The position numbers and the translations under genes are program-made. 64,000 nucleotides of DNA. It comes from Rubripirellula sp. Lineage in GTDB: Bacteria > Planctomycetota > Planctomycetia > Pirellulales > Pirellulaceae. Under the pieces are notes generated by a model that was not told the DNA's origin, made no database searches, and saw only the letters and a list, made by a program, of their open reading frames with translations. The DNA lies in contig OZ244207.1 of NCBI GenBank assembly GCA_965216875.1, positions 3,616,001-3,680,000 on the forward strand. The letters run 5' to 3'. Shown piece after piece: positions 59,738 through 64,000 of the stretch (position 1 is the stretch's first letter; every line of letters begins with the position of its first letter).

Positions 59738-61231
59738 TCAGTCTTCTTTCTCTTTCTCAGCACCCTTGGGAGTGTTGTCCTCGTACTTGGCTTCGGGAAT
59801 GGCATCCTCTTCCTTGGTCGCCAAGACGCTGTGGTAAATCGCGAACTCTTTGTCTTCGTCGCCAGCTTTGTTTTCGACCTTCTCTTCGGTCACCTTGGCG
59901 GCTTCGACGATCATGTCGATCACTTTTCGTTCGACAATTTGGTTTCGCAGAGCATCCATCTGGCCCTGCTTTTCCAATCGAGCACGAACGCGGCGTTCGG
60001 GCATATCGCTCTGCTCGGCGATCAAGCGAACTTCTTCGTCGTAATCGGCTGGATCGGCATCGACTTCCGATTCCTCGGCGATCTTTTCGAGAATGAAGTG
60101 CTCACGCAGTGCCGACTCGGTGCTTGCTTGCGCGTTTTGCTTTGACGCGTTGACGAATCGACGAATGTTGTCTTCGTCGAAACCGCTGCGACGCAATTCA
60201 AGGACCTTGCGTTCGATTTCACGCATCGTTTGGCGTTTGACCAATTCGGCCGGAAGTTCGAAGTCGGCGCCACCGGCGAGCTTTTCGATTACCGATTGCC
60301 GAAGAGCCTGTTGGGTTCGGTAGTCGGCTTGGCGAGTGAGCGAGTCGCGAACGAAACCACGCAGCTCATCTTCCGATTCGAAATCGCCGAGCTCTTCGAG
60401 GAACTTGTCGGTCAACTCGGGCAGTTCCATCGTTTGTACTTCGACGACGTGGAACGAAGCATCAAGTTCTTTGCCTTGCAATTCTTCGTTGTCGGCGCCT
60501 TCAGCGACTTTGACTTTGCCTTCGCGGGTTTCGCCTTCTTTGACATCCTTCATCAGTTTGCCAAAGTCTTCGCAAACGCCATCGGAAAAGCTCAGACGCT
60601 CGGTCAACGTGACGCGTTCTTCGTCCATTTCCGACAGCTGTTTTCCATCGTGGCTGAAGGTCGCCGTGACCAACAAGCGATCGCCTTCGGAGGCGGGTTG
60701 GTCGGTTGCTTCGAGCGAGCCGTAGCGAGCGAGAACGCGTTCGAGCGATTCTTGAACGTCGTCATCGCTGACTTCTTCAACGGGCTTGGATAGTTCGAGA
60801 CCTTTCCAATCAGGCGTGTCGAATTCGGGACGAACTTCGACCGAGAATTGGTACTTGAAGTCGCCCTCTTCGGGCAATTCGATCGAGTTGTAGTCGAAGT
60901 CGGGTTCGCTGATGGCCGAGAAATCTTCGGCATCGGTCACCTGCGAGAGGCTGTCCATCAACAGCGAGCCTTTGACTTGCTCGACAACACGATCTTTAAA
61001 TTGTTTTTCAACCAGCTTGCGCGGTGCGCGACCACTACGGAAACCTGGCACCTGTGCTTCAGGAACCAATTCGTCGTAGGCGTCTTTCAAATAACGCTGC
61101 ACTTCAGCCTGTGGGATGGTGACGATCACCTGTCGCAAACAGGCAGCTGGGCTCTCGACCTTCACGTCTAGCTCAATCGGCTTTTTCTCTTCAGCGACGT
61201 CGACGTTTTCGGTGTCAGTGGAGGTGGACAT
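59738..61231 (-). CDS. tig: trigger factor
   Basis: VPGFRSGRAP ribosome-binding motif; 497 aa. Confidence 0.93.
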   Translation of the reverse strand: MSTSTDTENVDVAEEKKPIELDVKVESPAACLRQVIVTIPQAEVQRYLKDAYDELVPEAQVPGFRSGRAPRKLVEKQFKDRVVEQVKGSLLMDSLSQVTDAEDFSAISEPDFDYNSIELPEEGDFKYQFSVEVRPEFDTPDWKGLELSKPVEEVSDDDVQESLERVLARYGSLEATDQPASEGDRLLVTATFSHDGKQLSEMDEERVTLTERLSFSDGVCEDFGKLMKDVKEGETREGKVKVAEGADNEELQGKELDASFHVVEVQTMELPELTDKFLEELGDFESEDELRGFVRDSLTRQADYRTQQALRQSVIEKLAGGADFELPAELVKRQTMREIERKVLELRRSGFDEDNIRRFVNASKQNAQASTESALREHFILEKIAEESEVDADPADYDEEVRLIAEQSDMPERRVRARLEKQGQMDALRNQIVERKVIDMIVEAAKVTEEKVENKAGDEDKEFAIYHSVLATKEEDAIPEAKYEDNTPKGAEKEKED

Positions 61232-61612
61232 CCTATGAGAGACCTCGGATTTCAGGTTGTCTTGTTAATCGGGGCAGTTGCTTTCCCGGGTCGACCAGCA
61301 CCATCGGCCCATCACGATTGGGTCTTGGAGGCCCACAATGATTGGAGCTGAGGGAGGTCGGGAATGTTGGCCGACCGCTTCCTCGGATGGTCCTGCCCGG
61401 CGGTTCGCCCGGCACAAGCGGGTAAGTCTATCCAAAACGGGCAAAAAACGACAAGCGGGTTGAGGACGCAGAGCGAGCGAATTCGCCAGAAACCGTAAGC
61501 TTCATCATCACGCTCGCGGACACCCTATCGCTCAACCCGTTGCAACTGCTACGACCCAAACCGACAAGTCGTCGTTCTGATCGACCTTCTTGCCGAGAGT
61601 CCAAATCAGGCC

Positions 61613-61640
61613 TTGATGCCAAACCGGCCGAGCCTATAAT
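61613..61640 (+). promoter_or_regulatory. sigma70-type promoter of tRNA-Gly
   Basis: TTGATG-16 nt-TATAAT, 20 nt upstream of the tRNA. Confidence 0.65.
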
Positions 61641-61660
61641 TTGCGACTCGTCAACCGAAT

Positions 61661-61733
61661 GCGGCTGTAGCTCAGTTGGCAGAGCATCACGTTGCCAACG
61701 TGATTGTCGTGGGTTCGAATCCCATCAGCCGCT
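61661..61733 (+). tRNA. tRNA-Gly(GCC)
   Basis: GCGGCTG/CAGCCGC acceptor stem, TCACG-TTGCCAA-CGTGA anticodon arm, GGTTCGAATCC; CCA not encoded. Confidence 0.95.
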
Positions 61734-61741
61734 CTTATTCG

Positions 61742-61780
61742 AAGGGCTGTCCACCATCGTGGGCAGCCCTTTTTTCGTTT
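61742..61780 (+). terminator. intrinsic terminator after tRNA-Gly
   Basis: aagggctgtccac-catc-gtgggcagccctt followed by ttttcgttt. Confidence 0.8.
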
Positions 61781-62205
61781 CCAAACCGCACGCCTCGAGT
61801 TTCCTGCCTCGGGTTTCCAATCGAGAACAGCACTCCGATCGCTGCGGCGCAAACGCGCTGCCCTTTTTCGCTTCTCCCCCATCGGGGGACATCAAAAAAA
61901 CTTGCGAGGCTCGGCAGAGCGTTGGCCGGTTTCACGACGTCTGTGGCAGAAGCCCAAAACCGTCTGTGGCAAAAGCCTGGAACCATCTGTCGCAGAAGCC
62001 AAGAACCCGACCGACGGTATCCGCTAAGTCTACCCACGGTATGCATTGGGGCATGGTTTCCTTTACAAATGCTTCTTGCCCGAGGGTGCCTTTGTGGGCT
62101 ACCCTTCGTGCCTTGCAGGGCATCACCCCTGCCACAATTGACTCGAGTCTTTGCTGCTGATCGCTGACAAAGCTCTGCCCCATTCCTCAAAGCGTCTGAC
62201 AAACT

Positions 62206-63231
62206 GTGCCGCATGCTCAACTTGGGCCGATCGCTGTGCATCTCCCCGCACAGGTCGAGACCAATCAGATGTTACGGGAGCAGTTTCCCCGCTGGGACGT
62301 CGACCTTATCGAGGAAAAGACGGGAATTCGTCAGCGGCACATCGCGGCCGAAGGGGAAACCGCAAGCGATCTCGCCGTCGCGGCATCGGAAAAGTTGTTT
62401 GCCGAACACGACATCGATCGATCGACCATCGATTTTGTGTTGCTCTGCACACAAACCCCCGACTACCCACTGCCAACGACAAGCTGCCTGATCCAGGACC
62501 GCTTGGGCCTCAAGACGGGCTGTGGAGCACTCGACTTTAACCTCGGCTGCAGTGGTTACGTTTATGGCTTGGCACTGGCCGACGGGTTGATCCAGAGTGG
62601 CGCAGCAAGCCGGATCCTGCTGCTAACCGCCGAGACCTACACCAAATACATCGACTCGGACGACCGCTCGCTGCGAACCATTTTTGGTGACGGAGCGGCT
62701 GCCACACTGGTCACCGCCGCCGAAAAACCGTCGCTTTGGGGTTTCCAATTCGGCAGTGATGGCAGCGGCGGCGACATGCTGCTGGTTGGCGAAGGAGGCG
62801 GCCGCCGAGAGGAAGATGCGATTCGTCCGCGTCACCGCAAGCGATGGAAAAGCCGGCTCTACATGGACGGGCCAAGCCTGATCAATTTCACCGTCGAGGC
62901 GATTCCACGTCTGATCGACGAGATTTTGGAGGCCAACTCGCTCTCGGATAGTGACATTGGTCACTACCTGATGCACCAGGCAACCTGGAAAATGCTTGAC
63001 CAGCTTGCCAGTCGGATGGGCGTGGACCAATCGCGCGTGCCGATCGACTTGGCCGATGTCGGCAATACCGTTTCCTGTACACTACCGATCCTGATTTCGA
63101 ATATGCGAAATCGTCGCGATCTTGCCCCAGAATCAGTTAATATGCTGGTTGGATTCGGAGTCGGATTATCGTGGGCGGGCTGTTTGTGGCGCGACGACTA
63201 TTTCAACGGCGGCGATGACTCAGCAGCTTAA
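62206..63231 (+). CDS. 3-oxoacyl-ACP synthase III (FabH-like)
   Basis: NLGCSG, FGDGAAA, HQA, GNT: Cys-His-Asn triad. Confidence 0.88.
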   Translation: MPHAQLGPIAVHLPAQVETNQMLREQFPRWDVDLIEEKTGIRQRHIAAEGETASDLAVAASEKLFAEHDIDRSTIDFVLLCTQTPDYPLPTTSCLIQDRLGLKTGCGALDFNLGCSGYVYGLALADGLIQSGAASRILLLTAETYTKYIDSDDRSLRTIFGDGAAATLVTAAEKPSLWGFQFGSDGSGGDMLLVGEGGGRREEDAIRPRHRKRWKSRLYMDGPSLINFTVEAIPRLIDEILEANSLSDSDIGHYLMHQATWKMLDQLASRMGVDQSRVPIDLADVGNTVSCTLPILISNMRNRRDLAPESVNMLVGFGVGLSWAGCLWRDDYFNGGDDSAA

Positions 63232-63260
63232 GTCTTATTTCAACTAGGGGGGAGCCAATC

Positions 63261-63935
63261 ATGACGAAGAATTTGTCGGGGCGACTTCTCATCGCGTCTC
63301 CCTACCTGACCGATGGCAACTTCATGCGGTCAGTGGTCTTCATCATCCGACATGATGTGGAAGGTGCGTTCGGACTCTCGATCAATCGCCCCACCGGTCG
63401 ACGCTTTCGTGAATTGGTCGACACGAGCGACCTGAGTGGGAAACTCCGCGAAGACGATTTCATCTTTCTCGGTGGACCTGTCGATGGCCCCCTGCTTGCC
63501 CTTCATGATCTGGCCGGCGTCGGGGAACCATGCAGTCCCTTTGATCCCTACGCCGATGAACTGCTGGCTCCCGGCGAAACGACTGCCAAGGGTTCCAAGC
63601 ACACGTTGCACGATCACCCGGCCGAACCTTGGGGATCGATGTCGATCGAACTTGGAAACCCGCCCGCATGGATCACCGGCGACGACGATCACTTGAGAAT
63701 CTTGTTGCGACGACCTGACGCACGCGTTCGGTACGTTGCCGATTACAGTGGATGGGGCCCAGGGCAGCTCGATGAAGAGCTTCGTGTCGGCGGCTGGCTT
63801 GTTGGCGATGCCGATCCCGAGATCCTGTTCGGTGACCCCGACGAGATTTGGGAAATGGCAGTCAAACAATGTGGGCACGACATCCTCCACGAACTTGCAC
63901 CAGGCGTTCAGTTTGGAGACCCCAACCTGAACTAA
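63261..63935 (+). CDS. YqgE/AlgH family protein
   Basis: LLIASPYLTDGNFMRSVV, GGPV, YSGWGPGQLDEEL. Confidence 0.88.
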   Translation: MTKNLSGRLLIASPYLTDGNFMRSVVFIIRHDVEGAFGLSINRPTGRRFRELVDTSDLSGKLREDDFIFLGGPVDGPLLALHDLAGVGEPCSPFDPYADELLAPGETTAKGSKHTLHDHPAEPWGSMSIELGNPPAWITGDDDHLRILLRRPDARVRYVADYSGWGPGQLDEELRVGGWLVGDADPEILFGDPDEIWEMAVKQCGHDILHELAPGVQFGDPNLN

Positions 63936-64000
63936 CGTTGCAAGTTCGAACAACATCTTCGAGCACCGATTGGGGACCGGTGCCGAAAAAGGCGGACACG

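Noticed and set aside
61790..62200. Small gene or ncRNA between tRNA-Gly and the FabH-like gene
   Set aside because: Only a short tctgt(g/c)gcagaagcc triple repeat; no convincing ORF or RNA structure

Overview
Core-chromosome segment of a planctomycete, most likely Pirellulaceae; this is inferred from DUF1559, DUF1552/DUF1592 and TIGR02996 genes and GC-rich REP-like repeats. It holds the 5' half of the S10 ribosomal operon, greA, yacG, tgt, tig, larC, hemW, a FabH-like synthase, a type-B L36 missed by the ORF track, tRNA-Thr(CGT) and tRNA-Gly(GCC). A ~17 kb minus-strand operon encodes MoxR, DUF58, BatA/vWA, a prenyltransferase-repeat protein and a TlpA protein. The strongest novel signal is in that operon: ORFs 42656-45349 and 42041-42631 are in the same frame, separated by a single TGA in the context L-[TGA]-P-G-C. 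A hairpin matching the bacterial SECIS layout follows, suggesting a ~1102-aa UxxC selenoprotein of a family I do not recognise as a known selenoprotein. Other points of interest are a TPR protein with tandem RNAP alpha-CTDs, a highly structured rpsJ leader, a transglutaminase-C39 fusion inserted between a MoaD/ThiS-like gene and a BNR-repeat gene, and several palindromic repeat families. All calls come from reading motifs by eye; no searches were run.
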